Source: Chiloscyllium plagiosum (taxonomy: Eukaryota). Taken from it: 64,000 nt of DNA. The stretch is taken from contig NC_057711.1 in NCBI RefSeq assembly GCF_004010195.1, forward strand, positions 73,779,399-73,843,398, written 5' to 3'. A program made the translations under genes and the position numbers. The notes beneath the pieces were generated by a model. That model was not told the DNA's origin. It was given only the letters and a program-made list of their open reading frames with translations, and searched no databases. Shown one piece after another: positions 1-12,710 of this stretch (within the stretch, counting starts at the first letter, position 1; each line of letters starts with the position of its first letter).

Positions 1-644
1 TTATCTATAAACTGCTAAAGTAGCATTTCTCTATGTTCAATGCTTCTCACAGTCCTTTTTGAAAGGATTCAGGAAAATAGCTGCTGATTGCTATGGCTAA
101 TAAGAAGAACCTCTGCAAAATTGTAAATGTTTGGAATTCCTTTGTGAAATTCTATCAGTATAGGTAGATAATATCACATTAAAAACCCAATAGAAATCTA
201 TTTTGGAAATGATATAGAGAATATAAGAAAGTAGACACTGGTAAAACAATACAAACCACAGTTAAGAGTGCAATTTTTCATATTAACATTTGTAATTGGT
301 CAACCAGGATAGTGCAGGGATAAGAAAACATACCTACAAAAACATAATTTTTAAAACTTGTGCATAGGTTATGGTCATCATTGACAAGGCCAGCATTTAT
401 TGCTCATCCATAATTGCCCCATTGAAGGAATTTGATAAGTGCCACATCAAAGACCACTGCAGAAAATACAAGCTTATGGTATAGAGCATAAAATAATAAC
501 ATGAATAGATGACTAGCTGGCTGGCAGAAAATAGAGAGAATGTATAAATGAGCCATTTTCTGATTGGCAGGATTTAAGTGGAGTTCCACAGAAATATGTG
601 CTAGACCCTGAAATTTTTATAATTAACATCAATGAATTAGGTAG

Positions 645-1814
645 AGCCATAGAGTCATAGAGATGTACAGCATGGAAACATACCCTTCGGTCCAACCCGT
701 CCATGCCAACCAGATATCCCAAGGAGAAAGTGAGGACTGCAGATGCTGGAGGTCAGAGCTTAAAAATGTGTTGCTGGAAAAGCGCAGCAGGTCAGGCAGC
801 ATTAAAGGAACAGGAGAATCAATATTTCGGGCATAAGCCCTTCTTCAGGAAGAAGAAGGGCTTATGCTCGAAACATCGATTCTCCTGTTCCTTTGATGCT
901 GCCTGACCTGCTGCGCTTTTCCAGCAACACATTTTTAAGACAAGATATCCCAATCCAATCTAGTCCCACCTGTCAGCACCCGGCCCATATCCCTCCAAAC
1001 ATATCCTATTCATATACCCATCCAAATGCCTTTTAAATGTTGTAACTGTACCAGCCTCCAACACTTCCTCTGGCAGCCCATTCCACACACGCACCACCTA
1101 AGAATGTTATGCCTCAGTTATATAAGGCATTGGTGATACTATGTGCAGTTTTGGTCTCTAAGTAAGGAAGTAGGTAAGTGTATTGGAGGCAGTTCAGAGT
1201 GGTTTTGCTTCATTGATACCTGGAATGAGAAGATTGTCTTGTGAGGTTTGGTTAGGCAGGGCAGGCTTATTTCCATTGGAGTTTAGAAGACTGAGAGTTC
1301 TTGACTGAAGTGTACATGATCTGCGTGAAAACGTTTTATATCTTTCCCCTCTCACCCTAAACCTATGCCCTCTAGTTCTGGACTCCCCCACCTTAGGGAA
1401 AAGACCTTGTTTATTTACCCTATCCATGCCCCTCATGATTTTATAAACCTTTATAAGGTCACCCCTCAGCCTCCAATGCTCCAGGGAAAACAGCCATAGC
1501 CTATTCAACCTCTCCCTTCAGGTCAAACCCTTCAACCCTGGCAACATCCTTGTAAATCTTTTCTGAACTCTATCAAGTTTCACAACATCCTTCCAATAGG
1601 AAGGAGATCAGAATTGCAAGCAATATTCCAAAAGTGGTCTAACCAACGTCCTGTACAGCTGCAACATGACCTCCCAACTCCTGTACTCAATACTCTGACC
1701 AATAAAGGAAAGCATACCATACGCCTTCTTCACTATCCTATCTACCTGTGACTCTACTTTCAATGAGCTGTGACCCTGCACTCCAAGGTCTCTTTGTTCA
1801 GCAACACTCCCTAG
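645..1814 (-). mobile_element. CR1 LINE 3' portion (younger family) with (CTCTATGA)n tail
   Basis: ORFs give LRGDLIKVYKIMRG and LYRTLVRPLLEYC; tail at 645-662; interrupted at 723-942 and 1099-1320. Confidence 0.9.
723..942. mobile_element. Fold-back Penelope-derived mini-element (family A)
   Basis: Arms about 759-844 and 853-939 are inverted; TSD agatatcccaa at 712-722 and 943-953. Confidence 0.8.
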
Positions 1815-1999
1815 GAGGAGGGGAGCAAAAGCACGATAGCCAAATTTGAAGGAGGCACCATGATAAGTAGGAAGGTATGTTACACAGAAGACATAAGAAA
1901 TTTGCAAATGGATACAGATGAGTGTAAACAAAAGTATAACAGATGGAGGATAATGTGCATAATTGTTCATTTTGGCAGGAAGTATGAGAAAAGAGTATT

Positions 2000-2296
2000 A
2001 GAGGGCATAGGTTTAGGGTGAGAGGGGAAAGATATAAAAGAGACCTAAGGGGCAACTTGTTCACACAGAGGGTGGTACATGTATGGAATGAGCTGGCAAA
2101 GGAAGCGGTGGAGGCTGATACTATTGCAACATTTAAGAGGCATTTGGATTGGTATATGAATAGGAAGGGTTTGGAGGGATATGGGCCGGGTGCTGGCAGG
2201 TGGGACTAGATTGGGTTGGGATATCTGGTCGGCATGGACAGGTTGGACCGAAGGGTCTGTTTCCATGCTGTACATCTCTATGACTCTATGACTCTA
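2000..2296 (+). mobile_element. CR1 3' end, 5'-truncated
   Basis: RGNLFTQRVVHVWNEL motif and ctctatgactctatgactct tail. Confidence 0.9.
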
Positions 2297-2720
2297 ATTG
2301 GGGAATGACTGCAGAATTCCAAGGTACAGAGGGATTTAGGTGTCCTGGTGCATGAGTCACAAAACATTGGGACAGAGTCTCCCAATTTACAAACACTTGA
2401 CTTTTGAATGCTTGTAAATAATGAACACAATCTCATCCAGTGGTGTAATTTTAAAGATCCAAAGTACAAACATTTCCTGCACTTATAAATTGCTCCTTAA
2501 CATTGTCCTATATTATATTCTGACTTGTGTAAAAATCAATGTGCAAACAGAACCTCTTTACAACCAGGAGACTGCTTCTGTGCAAATAAAACATTTAATC
2601 AAGACGGCTAATGGAAGGCTATTCTTTATCGTAACAGAAATTGAATACAAAAGTAAGAATGTTATGCCTCAGTTATATAAGAAATTGGTGATACTATGTG
2701 CAGTTTTGATCTCTACTTAA

Positions 2721-3605
2721 TAGAACATAGAACATAGAAAAATACAGCGCAGTACAGGCCCTTTGGCCCTCGATGTTGCGCCGATCCAAGCCCACCTAAC
2801 CTACACTAGCCCACTATCCTCCATATGCCTATCCAATGCCGGTTTAAATGCCCATAAAGAGGGAGAGTCCACCACTGCTACTGGCAGGCATTCCATGAAC
2901 TCACGAATCTACCCCTAACATCTGTCCTATACCGACCACCTCTTAATTTAAAGCTATGCCCCCTCGTAATAGCTAACTCCATACGTGGAAAAANNNNNNN
3001 NNNNNNNNNNNNNNNNNNNNNNNNNNNNNNNNNNNNNNNNNNNNNNNNNNNNNNNNNNNNNNNNNNNNNNNNNNNNNNNNNNNNNNNNNNNNNNNNNNNN
3101 NNNNNNNNNNNNNNNNNNNNNNNNNNNNNNNNNNNNNNNNNNNNNNNNNNNNNNNNNNNNNNNNNNNNNNNNNNNNNNNNNNNNNNNNNNNNNNNNNNNN
3201 NNNNNNNNNNNNNNNNNNNNNNNNNNNNNNNNNNNNNNNNNNNNNNNNNNNNNNNNNNNNNNNNNNNNNNNNNNNNNNAATCACCTCTCACTTACCTACA
3301 TTGAACTCCATTTGCCATCTTTCTGCCCAGTTCTGCAGCTTATCTATATCCCGCTGTAACCTGACACATTCTTCCTCACTGTCAACAACTCCTCCGACTT
3401 TCGTATCATCCGCAAACTTGCTCACCCAACCTTCTAGCCCCTCCTCCAGGTCATTTATAAAAATGACAAACAGCAATGGTCCCAAAACAGATCCTTGCGG
3501 AACACCGCTAGTAACTGCACTCCAAGATGAACCTTTACCATCAACTACTACCCTCTGTCTTCTTTCAGCCAGCCAATTCCTAATCCAAACCTCCAACTCA
3601 CCCCT
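2721..3605 (-). mobile_element. CR1 LINE RT/3' fragment of a second subfamily with (CTATGTT)n tail
   Basis: ORF 3288..3596 has SGVPQGSVLGPLLF and KFADDTK; tail tagaacatagaacatag. Confidence 0.9.
2994..3278. other. Assembly gap (285 N) inside a CR1 element
   Basis: Run of N; both flanks are minus-strand CR1 RT/3' sequence. Confidence 0.99.
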
Positions 3606-3785
3606 TCACCTAACACTATGGGCAATTTAGCATGGCCAATTCACCTAACTTGCACATATTTGGACTGTGGGAGGAAACCACAGCACCTGGAGGAAACCCA
3701 CACAGACACGGGGAGAATGTGTAAACTCCACACAGACAGTTGCCTGAGGCGGGAATTGAACCCGGGTCTCTGGCGCTGTGAGCAG
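3606..3785 (-). mobile_element. tRNA-derived SINE (HE1/V-SINE-like), partial
   Basis: B-box GGTTCAATTCC on minus strand; body shared with the copies at 16806 and 52005. Confidence 0.8.
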
Positions 3786-3819
3786 AAAGAATGGGCAGGG
3801 TTATGCTTGCCTTTATAAT

Positions 3820-4910
3820 CATTCATGGGACGTGGGCCTCACTGGCACAGTTGGTATCTATTGTCTGGAGAAGATGGTGGTGAGCTGCTTTCTTGATCTG
3901 TTGCATTCCTGGATGTAAAAGCTGGAAAGATTGAGAGGATTTTGACACATCAACACTGAAGGAACCATGGTATAGTTGCATGTCAGGATAGTGTGAGTTG
4001 GAAGTGAATTTGCAGGAGGTGCTTCAATGATTCTGCTGCCCTTATCCTTCCATGTGATAGAGGTCCTGGATTTGGAAGTTGTTATCGAAGGAGGTTTATA
4101 GCGTTCCTGATATGTATCTTGCAGATGGTTCACACTTTTGTTACTGTGCATCACAGGAATTCAAAGGAAGTGAATTTAAAAGGAGTCATTGTGATGCTTG
4201 TTAAGTGGATTGGTTTGTTGTGGATTATATCAAGGTTCATGAGTATTGTTGAAATTGCACCCATCCAGGCAAATATAGTATATTCCATCATACTCCTGGC
4301 TTGCGCTTGGTGGACAGGCTTAACGGACATAGGTGTTGAGTTACTTGCTGAAAAATTCTGAGTCTCTGACTGCTCTTGTAGCCATAGTTTTTGTATGGCT
4401 GGTCCACTTTAGCTTCTGGTCAATGGTAACTCAGAATGGATGATACAGAAATGGTAAGGCTATTGAATATCAAGGGGCAATGGTTACATTGTCCTTTGTA
4501 GGAGATGGTCATTGCCTAGCATTTGTGTTACATCATCTCAATCTTGGATATGGTCCAGGTCTTGTTGCCAATGGAGAGAGACTGCTTCAGTATCTGAGCA
4601 GTCTCAAATGGTGCTGAGCATTGCACAATCATCTGTGAATATCCCTACTGACCTTATAATGGTTGGAAGGTCATTGATGAAGTTATTGAAGATGGTTGGG
4701 CCTGGGAAACTACCCTGAGGAACTCCTGCAGTGATGTGTGTTGGGACTGAGATGATTGACCTACAAACATCACAAACAACTTCTTTTGTATGAGGAATGA
4801 TTCCAACCAGTGGAGCATGTTCTTCCTAATTCCATTCGCCCCAGTTCGGCAGGGTTCCTTGATGCCACACAAGATTGAATGCTATCTTGAGGTCCACAGT
4901 AGTCACGTTC
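3820..4910 (-). mobile_element. Decayed LINE of a second family (CR1/L2 superfamily), RT and 3' region
   Basis: Minus strand has GVPQGS-like coding sequence (ggagttcctcagggtagt); similar to 52900-54490 and 61200-63900. Confidence 0.7.
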
Positions 4911-5209
4911 ACCTTGCCAAATAAATGGGATATGTACAAAACCTGTACCCTAAATCAAACAGCTCAATGAGAAATAAAGTGATAGTGCAATTGGATTATA
5001 TTTTAGCAAGTGGCAATGATCAATCGCAGAGTTGTTCTTTCAGTACAGTGCTCAATTTTGTAATAGACTTGCACTTCATTGACTAGCTAGGTCAGTTGTC
5101 TTGATGACTAAAATTGGGAGGGATAATCCGATCCTTGCTGTTAACAGTTCATTTGTTTGTCTCTGCACTTTTGCCACGCATTGACTGAAATATGGTTCAT
5201 TTGTATATT

Positions 5210-5367
5210 AGGAGAAAGTGAGGACTGAAGATGCTGGAGATTAGAGTCAAGCGTGTGGTGCTGGAAAAGCACAGCAGGTCAGGCAGCATCTAAAGTGCAG
5301 GAGAATTGATATTTCAGGATTCCTGATGAAGAGCTTATGCCTGCTTTTCCAGGACCACACTTTTGAC
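5210..5367. mobile_element. Penelope-derived mini-element (family A), partial fold-back
   Basis: Same terminus as 723; TSD ttcatttgt(a/g)tatt at 5196-5209 and 5368-5381. Confidence 0.8.
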
Positions 5368-5665
5368 TTCATTTGTGTATTTCCAATTCTGGTTTCATTC
5401 CCTTTCTAAACTGGATAGTTGTGGACTATCCTTTCATGTCCAATATGTACAGATTACATACAAGTGCAAATTGAACAGGAAATCTGAGCTTTTTGACACC
5501 TGATTCAGTTGACTACTTTAGATTGAAATTTCAGTTAAGGTGATTTCACCTATTCAACATCAATTTCCTGAACTTGCCTATCTGTGGTCAGGTGATTGCT
5601 GTATAATTTTAGTTCCATATTTCATGCTTTCAAAAGTCCATATAGGTCCCAGGTATTAAACTTTG

Positions 5666-6605
5666 ATAGAGTCATAGAGATGTACAGCATGGAAACAGAC
5701 CCTTCGGTCCAACCTGTCCATGCCGACCAGATATCCCAACCCAACCTAGTCCCACCTGCCAGCACACGGCCCATATTCCTACAAACCCTTCCTATTCTTA
5801 TCCCCACCCAGATGTCTTTTAAATGTTGCAATTGTTCTAACTTCCATCACTTTCTCTGGCAGTTCATTCCATACACATACCACCCTCTGCATGAAAAGGT
5901 TGCCCCTTAGGTCTCTTTTATATCTTTCCTCTCTCACCCTAAACCTATGCCCTCTAGTTTTGGACTCCCCCACCCGAGGGAAAAGACCTTGTCTATTTAT
6001 CCTCCTCATGCCCACCATGCCTCCATAAGGTCACCCCTTAGCCTCCGATGCTCCAGGGAAAACAGCCTTAGCCTATTCAATCTCTCCCTATAGCTCAAAT
6101 GCTCTAACATCCTTGTAAATCTTTTCTGAGCCCTTTCAAGTTTCACAACATCCTCCCGATAGGAAGGAGACCAGAATTGCACGCAATATTCCAACAGTGG
6201 CCTAACCAATGTCCTGTACAACTGCAACATGACCTCCCAACTCCTGTACTCAGTACTTGGACCAATAAAGGAAAGCAGACCAAATGCCTTCTTCACTATC
6301 CTATCTACCTGTGACTCCACTTTCAAGGTCTGCACTCCAAGATCTCTTTGTTCAGCAACACTCCCTAAGACCTTACCATTATGTATATAAGTCCTGTTAA
6401 GATTTACTTTCCCAAAATGCAGCACCTCACATTTATCTAAGTTAAACTCCATCTGCCACTTCTCAGCCCATTGGCCTGTCTGATCAAGATCCCATTGTAA
6501 TCTGAGGTAACCTTCTTCGCTGTCCACTACACCTCCAATTTTGGCGTCAGCTACTAACTTACTAATTATATCTCTTCTGCTCCAAATCATTTATATGAAT
6601 GATTT
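5666..6605 (-). mobile_element. CR1 LINE RT C-terminus and 3' end
   Basis: ORF 6006..6590 (WAEKWQMEFNLDKCEVLHFG, LVRPLLEYCVQFWSP) plus 3' tail. Confidence 0.92.
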
Positions 6606-7432
6606 ATAAATGTTGTGGCACTCCACTGGTCAAGATGATGGAAGTTTTATCACTATCATGACACCTCTGCACCCAGAAGAAAAGACAGATATTATATTTC
6701 TTCTTTTTGTTTGCAGTGAGCATTCCATTACATATTACAGTAAAAGTTTTGGGATGACGTGTAAATTCCACGTTCACTTCTGTCATCCTGAGTTTAAAAG
6801 CTACTTCGGAGCTAGTAGCTGGACTTGTCCCCAGGACCACATTGGCTTTCTGAGTTCTAACTCTTCATGGGTTATATCTATAACTCATGCACCGCGTTCA
6901 GGCACTTTTACAAATTTGTTTTGTACGAGGTTGGTGGCAGTTAATTTGCCTCCAACAGGATGTCTTGCATCTTGCACCTTGATCTTATTTAACTTTACAT
7001 CAAACCAGTTATACTGGATGAGTTATGAAACTTAATTTTGTTCCTCAGCCCCACCAGTGGCTAACATTGTATCTTACTCAAGAATGTGCTCTTGCTGGCC
7101 TCCACCAGGACTGTCCACTGTGGTGTTGGTCCCTTTCATCTTTGTTTAGGAATGGGCTTTCATCAGCCATACCCATTTCCCCTGGAATGCTACTACCATT
7201 AGCTGGATGGCAAACCTCTGCTGTATCCCCTCGACAGTTCCTTCACTAAATGTGACTTCATCTTCACTTTCACCTGGTGTGTCCTTGAATTCTTGGAGTC
7301 CTCCTTTAAATTTATCAACTCTTTTGCTCTGTCCTGTCATGTTCTGTCAGCTTCACTGGCCTTTCTTGCTTTCTTTTATGGCAATTGGACAGTTCAACTA
7401 ATTTCGACATATGTCCTGATTCTTTCCAACAT

Positions 7433-7539
7433 CCTTAGGGACAAAAAAAACCGCAGGTGCTGGAATCCAAAGTAGACAAGCGTGAGGCTGGAAGAACACA
7501 GCGTGCCAGTATGCTGCCTTGCTGTATTCTTCCAGTCTC
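7433..7539. mobile_element. Penelope-derived mini-element, short fold-back
   Basis: Terminus matches 28000-28080; TSD ctttccaacat at 7422-7432 and 7540-7550. Confidence 0.7.
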
Positions 7540-8543
7540 CTTTCCAACATTCGGGCTGGACCTCAGTCCTGTTACTGAGCTACACCAGACCTCAAGGATT
7601 ATATTGCTCTGTGTAGTTTTGAAGTCTCAGTTCCTGGCCTTGCTGCTGTTTCTCACTGGTTTAACTCAAGTGGCCCTTGCTGAACCTCCCAAACCCAGAT
7701 TTTACTGCTGTTTGTGGGGTTTCTGAATGTTTTGCCTCCTAGCCTGTTTACCTCTGACTGTTGATTTATTCAGGCTTCTTGAGCCATTCCAAACCTCACA
7801 GGTTTTACTGTTTCCTGTAGCATTGCTATTTACTTTTTGTTGACTCTTTCTAGCCCATCCAATCTCTTTGTACTGTCATTTTATATTTAAAGGTCATAGT
7901 TTTCTGCCAGCCAAATTGCTTTAGAAAAACATTTACCTTGGCACGACAATCCTTGGGATTACTCTCACTGTTACCAGACCTGTAACAAGTTCACTCTCTC
8001 AGTAAACTTACGAGTGGCACCTCTACATTTTTCCCGAGTTCTTTTATCAGTACAGTGTAAATAAGCTTAATTTCAGTTGAAAAATCTTCACTTTATCCTC
8101 ACTATCAATGTCTGCAAACACCCAGTCTTTGAATTCTGATTTCTTTCTCGTGCTGTCCAAAATATTTAGCAGCCACTGTTTTTTTATATAAACTCCTAAA
8201 GCTTTCCTGGTCAACAGTGATGTCTTAACAGATGCTGGCCACCATTAATACTACAGACACTGGTTTTGCAACTTGCGTTGACAGGGAACACCTTACTCCC
8301 TGAAGCACTTGGTGTATTTTACCACTTGCCCCCATCCCGCAACCATTCGGGTCCTTTCTTTTAGTGATCAGGAAAAGTTTTATATTCTCCACTTGGCTTT
8401 CCATTCTCCACAGCTTGTCACAGGGGTCTTTATCTAGCTGCTGTCTCTCTCTGCTCTGTGATGGCTTCAAGAACTCATCTTCTCTGAGTTTCTGAAACTG
8501 TCTCTTAACTTATATTTGTCAGCCTGAACTGTGATCTGGCTGT

Positions 8544-8633
8544 CAAGAGTGGGGTCCTGGAAGAGCACAGAAGGTCAGGCAGCATCCGAGGAGCAGGAGA
8601 ATTGACATTTCGAGCAAGAACCCTTCATCAGGA
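8544..8633 (-). mobile_element. Penelope-derived mini-element (family A fragment)
   Basis: TSD tgtga(t/c)ctggctgt at 8530-8543 and 8634-8647. Confidence 0.75.
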
Positions 8634-10129
8634 TGTGACCTGGCTGTGCTCTGCTTTCCTCTGCTCCTGTTCATAGAGTCATAGAGATGAAGCAGACCCT
8701 TCGGTCCAACTTGTCCATGACAACCAGTTATCCCAACCTAATCTAGTCCCATTTGCCAGCACTTGGCCCATATCCCTCTAAATGTGACCATATTGGAACA
8801 CATACAGAGATTTTAATCCTCGAGAAGAATTTCTGCATAAAGGTTTTTGTAAGTGGCCTCAATTGTAAATGCCCGTACCCATTGGTTAAAAGCAAGTTGC
8901 TTAAGCTTTTCAAATTCTAGATGTATCTGACTGAGTTGTTTGTTGAGATTACAGCATTTTTGCCTTTATGGCACTAACTGGTATGAACTTAAAATGGCCC
9001 TTTTTGCTGCTATATAGTTAATGGGATTCTCATCAGGCAATAGAGAGTAAACATTTTCAGCTTTCCCTGTCAATCTGCTTTTTAACAGCCTTGTTCATTG
9101 TTGCAATGGCTATTTGAACTGCTGCGCTAACTTCTCTAAAAACATAAAGAATGCAGCCACCTCTTCCTCATCAAACCTTGGAATTAAGTGGGCAAGCTTG
9201 AATATTTCAGCCCTTGAGTCTGTGTTTGGTCTGTTTCCTCACTAGAATTGTCTTCATTCTTCTTTCTCATTTGGAACTCAGGTTCTCATTCCCTTTCCTG
9301 GAATTTTCTTCTTTCGGTTCCTAGAATTCCCTTTCCTCTTATTCTGTTAGAATCCTATTGCAAATTTCTGCTGCTGCAGTTTTGTGTTTCTCTATGCTCT
9401 GTTTCTAATTTTAGACATTTCATCATCCATTCTGCAATTTTTTCTTTCCCTGGCTTTTAGGCAGAATGCTATGTTTAAGTATTTGTCTATACCTTTTAAT
9501 TTTTTTTCCAAAGAAAATGATTATAGCTTTTTTAATGTCCTTTTCTCTGAAAACATTAATTTTAAACATGGACATATTAGCACTTTTAATATTATAGACC
9601 CAAGGAAACATTTTTGCCTTTTTTTAAGTAGCGTTTGTGGAATAATTTATTTTCTCCAATTCCAGTTTTGTTGTTTGCCAATGGGAGTGTAACAACTAAG
9701 CTCCTACAGTTTTTACAACTAGATGAGGGAGATAATTCAACACTCCTCCTTTTAACGCACTCTCAGTCAATCGCAACAAATATTTTTAGCATGCAGCTCG
9801 AGCACATAAATTAAAACACAGCATTGCAAAAATTTAGGAGCTGTTATAAGGTTTTCTTAAAGAAAAGAGATTGGGTTTTTATTGCTTACTTACCCTGCGA
9901 AAAATAATAAACGACCATATCAAACACACTAACAAACAGATATAAACCTTAAAAAGGGGAGGGCCTGGTAGGAAAAAAGGCAAAGGCCATGCAGTTTAGA
10001 AGATCTTAAAAGCTTTGAGATGTTAGATTTAACCCTGAGACAACATTTGTTAAATGGTTTACTTGTTTCTGCAGCAGTAGCAAAATCATAGGATATTACA
10101 GCGAGTTCTTGGTGAAAAGACAATTACGA

Positions 10130-12710
10130 GGAAACAGTAAGGCTTTCTGGATGGAGCTAAGAAATAAGAAGGTGATGGTGACATTATTGTCCTATAGGCC
10201 CCCAAATACTCAATGGGAATTAGACAAAGAAATATGCAGGGAGATTGGGGAAGACTTGTAGGAGTAAATAGGGCTGCCATAGTAGATGACTTTAATTTTC
10301 CCAATGTAGACTGGGACTGACAGAGCGTTAAGGGCTTAGATGGGGTGGAATTTGTTAAGTGCATTCAGGAAAGACCCCTCACACAGTATATAGAGGGTCC
10401 TACTCGGGAAGGGGCAAAACCTGAACTACTCTTGGGAAATAGGGCAGGACAGGTGATGGAGATAACAGTGGGGGGACATGTTGGGACCAGTGACCACAGT
10501 TCTATTAATTTTAAAATAGTTATGGAGAGGGACAAAGCTGGTCTACAGGTTCAAATTCTAATTTGGGGCAGGGCGGATTTTGATGGAATTAGACTGCAGC
10601 TTGCAGGGCTTGAATGAAGCAGTTTGTTTGCAGGCAAAGGGACCTCTGGCAAGTGGGAGGCCTTTAAAAGTGAAATAGCTAAAGGTCTTTATGTTCCTGT
10701 GAGGGTAAAAGGCAAGATTGACAGGAATAGAGAACCCTGGATGACAAAAGATATTGAGGCTTTGACCAGAAAAAAAAAGGTGTGGCTCAGGTATAGGCAG
10801 CTGGGATAAATGGAGTCCCTGTAGGTATACAGGGAATACAGGGGTTTACTGAAGAATGAAATCCGGAGGGCAAAAAGGGGATATGAGATAGCCTTGGCTG
10901 AGAAGATTAGGGTGAATCCAAAGAGGTTTTTTCAGCATATTAAAGGAGAAATAATAACTGGAGAAAAAATACAACCTCTCAAGGATCAGAGTGGATATGT
11001 ATGTGTAGAACTGCAGGAGATAGGTGAGGTTATCAATGAATATTTCTCCTCTGCGTTTACCGTGGAAAAAGACATTAAAACTTGGGAACTTATGGAAGTT
11101 AGTGCTCATATCTTGGGGATAGTCCATATCACAGTAGAGGAGGTGTTGGATGTATTGGCATGCATGAAGGTGGATACATTTCCTGGTCTTGACCAGATAT
11201 ATCCAAGAACACGGAAAGAGGCTAGAGAAGATATTGCAGGAGCCCTGGCTAATATTTTTGCATTATCCTTAGCCACAGGAGAGGCCCCAGAAAACTGGAG
11301 GGTAGCAAATGTTGTTCCTTTATTCAAGAAGGATTCAAAGAAAAACCTGGGAACAATAGACCCGTGGTAGGTAAGTTACTTGAGAAGATTCTGAGAGATA
11401 AGATATACATGCATTTGGAAAGACAGGGTTTGATTAGGAATAGTCAGGATGGCTTTGTGCATGGGAGATCATGCCTCACAAATTTGTTAGAGTTCTTTGA
11501 TGAAGTGACCAGGAAGGTTGACAAGGGCATGGATGTAGACATAGTCTATATGGATTTCAGTAAGGCCTTTGATAAGTTCCACATGGTAGACTGCTCTGGA
11601 AGGTTAGGTTGCATGGAATCTAGGGAGAGCTGGCAAATTGGGTACACAGTTGGCTTGATGGTAGGAAGCATAAGATAATTGTGGAAGGATGGTGTTGGAC
11701 TGGAGGCCTGTGACTAGTGAAGTGCCTCAGGGGTTGGTACTGGGCACATTGCTGTTTGTTATCTATATTTGGAAGAGAATTTACAAGGCATGATTAGTAA
11801 GTTTGCTGATGACACTAAAATAGGAGGATTCGTGAACAGTGAGGAAGCTTATCAGAAATTGCATCAGAAATTGATCAGCTGAAGAAGTGGGCCAAGAAAT
11901 GGCAAATGGAGTTTAATATTGATAAGTGTGAGGTCTTGCATTTTGGAAAGTCAAATCAAGGCAGGAATTTCACAGTGAATGGTAGAGCCTTAAGGAGTGT
12001 TGTGAAACAGAAGGATCTTGGAGTTCAGGTGCATGGTTCTCTGAAGGTGGAGTCACAGGTAGACAAAGCAGTGAAGAAGACTTTTGGCACACTGGCCTTC
12101 ATTATTCGGAGCATTGAATATAGAAGTTATGAAGTTATGTTGCAATTGTACAGGACATTGGTGAGGCCACACATGGAGTATTGTGTTCAGTTTTGGTCAC
12201 CTTGCTATAGGAAGGATGTTATTAAACTGGAAAGAGAGCAGAAGCAATTTACAAGGATGTTGCCAGGACTCAAGGGTCTGAGTTATAGGCAGAGATTGCA
12301 CAAACAAGGTCTTTTTTTCTTTAGCGTGCAGGAGACTGAGGGGTTTTCTACTAGAAGTCTATAAGATCATGTGAATGCACTCAGTCTTTTCCCCAGGTTT
12401 ATAGAATCAAAGATGAGAAGGTATCAGTTTAAGGTGAGAGGGGGAAGAATAGAATGTAACCTGAGGGGCAACACTTTTACATAGAGGGTCGTATGTATAT
12501 GGAATGAGCTGCCAGCGGAAGTGATAGAGGTGCATACATTAACAACATTTAAAAGCCATTTGGACAAATACATGGATAGGAAAGGTTTAGAAGGATATGG
12601 GCCAGGAGTAGGGAAATGAGGTTAGCGTGGATGGGGATTTTGGTCAGAATGGATCAGTTTGGGCCAAAGGGTCCATCCCCATGCTGTAGGACTGTATGAG
12701 TCTATGACCC
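10130..12710 (+). mobile_element. Long CR1 LINE ORF2 relic (endonuclease C-terminus, RT, 3' tail), frameshifted
   Basis: ORFs show GTSDHSSI, WRVANVVPLFKK, GRSCLTNLLEFF, YMDFSKAFDK and LVRPHMEYCVQFWSP; the DNA also encodes FADDTK. Confidence 0.95.

Larger units (their letters stand above)
430..2720 (+). mobile_element. Old CR1-type LINE RT fragment, interrupted by younger insertions
   Basis: Decayed RT-like pieces at about 430-644, 1815-2000, 2297-2370 and 2600-2720 (e.g. IEYKSKNVMPQLYKKLV) read co-linearly. Confidence 0.7.
6610..9850 (-). mobile_element. Decayed Gypsy/Gmr1-like LTR retrotransposon; gag with SCAN-related capsid clearest at about 8810-9200; outer limits approximate
   Basis: Manual translation: LIPRFDEEEVAAFFMFLEKLAQQFK*PLQQ*TRLLKSRLTGKAENVYSLLPDENPINYIAAKRAILSSYQLVP*RQK, then after a frameshift HLEFEKLKQLAFNQWVRAFTIEATYKNLYAEILLED. 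Confidence 0.7.

Noticed and set aside
723..942. Long hairpins as microRNA precursors
   Set aside because: They are multi-copy, TSD-flanked mobile insertions, and nothing in the sequence alone supports miRNA processing.
2878..3359. Long ORFs made mostly of X
   Set aside because: Artifacts of the 285-N assembly gap.
6610..7035. 141-aa plus-strand ORF
   Set aside because: No recognisable domain or splice context; it lies antisense within the presumed decayed retrotransposon region.
9790..9850. Possible primer-binding site and LTR end for the Gmr1-like relic
   Set aside because: The match (tgtgctcgagc; ...taaca) is too degenerate and no second LTR was found.
10345..12364. Cluster of reverse-transcriptase ORFs that could suggest a retron or other RT-based system
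   Set aside because: They are frameshifted pieces of one CR1 LINE ORF2 with a typical 3' tail, and many similar copies occur in the window.
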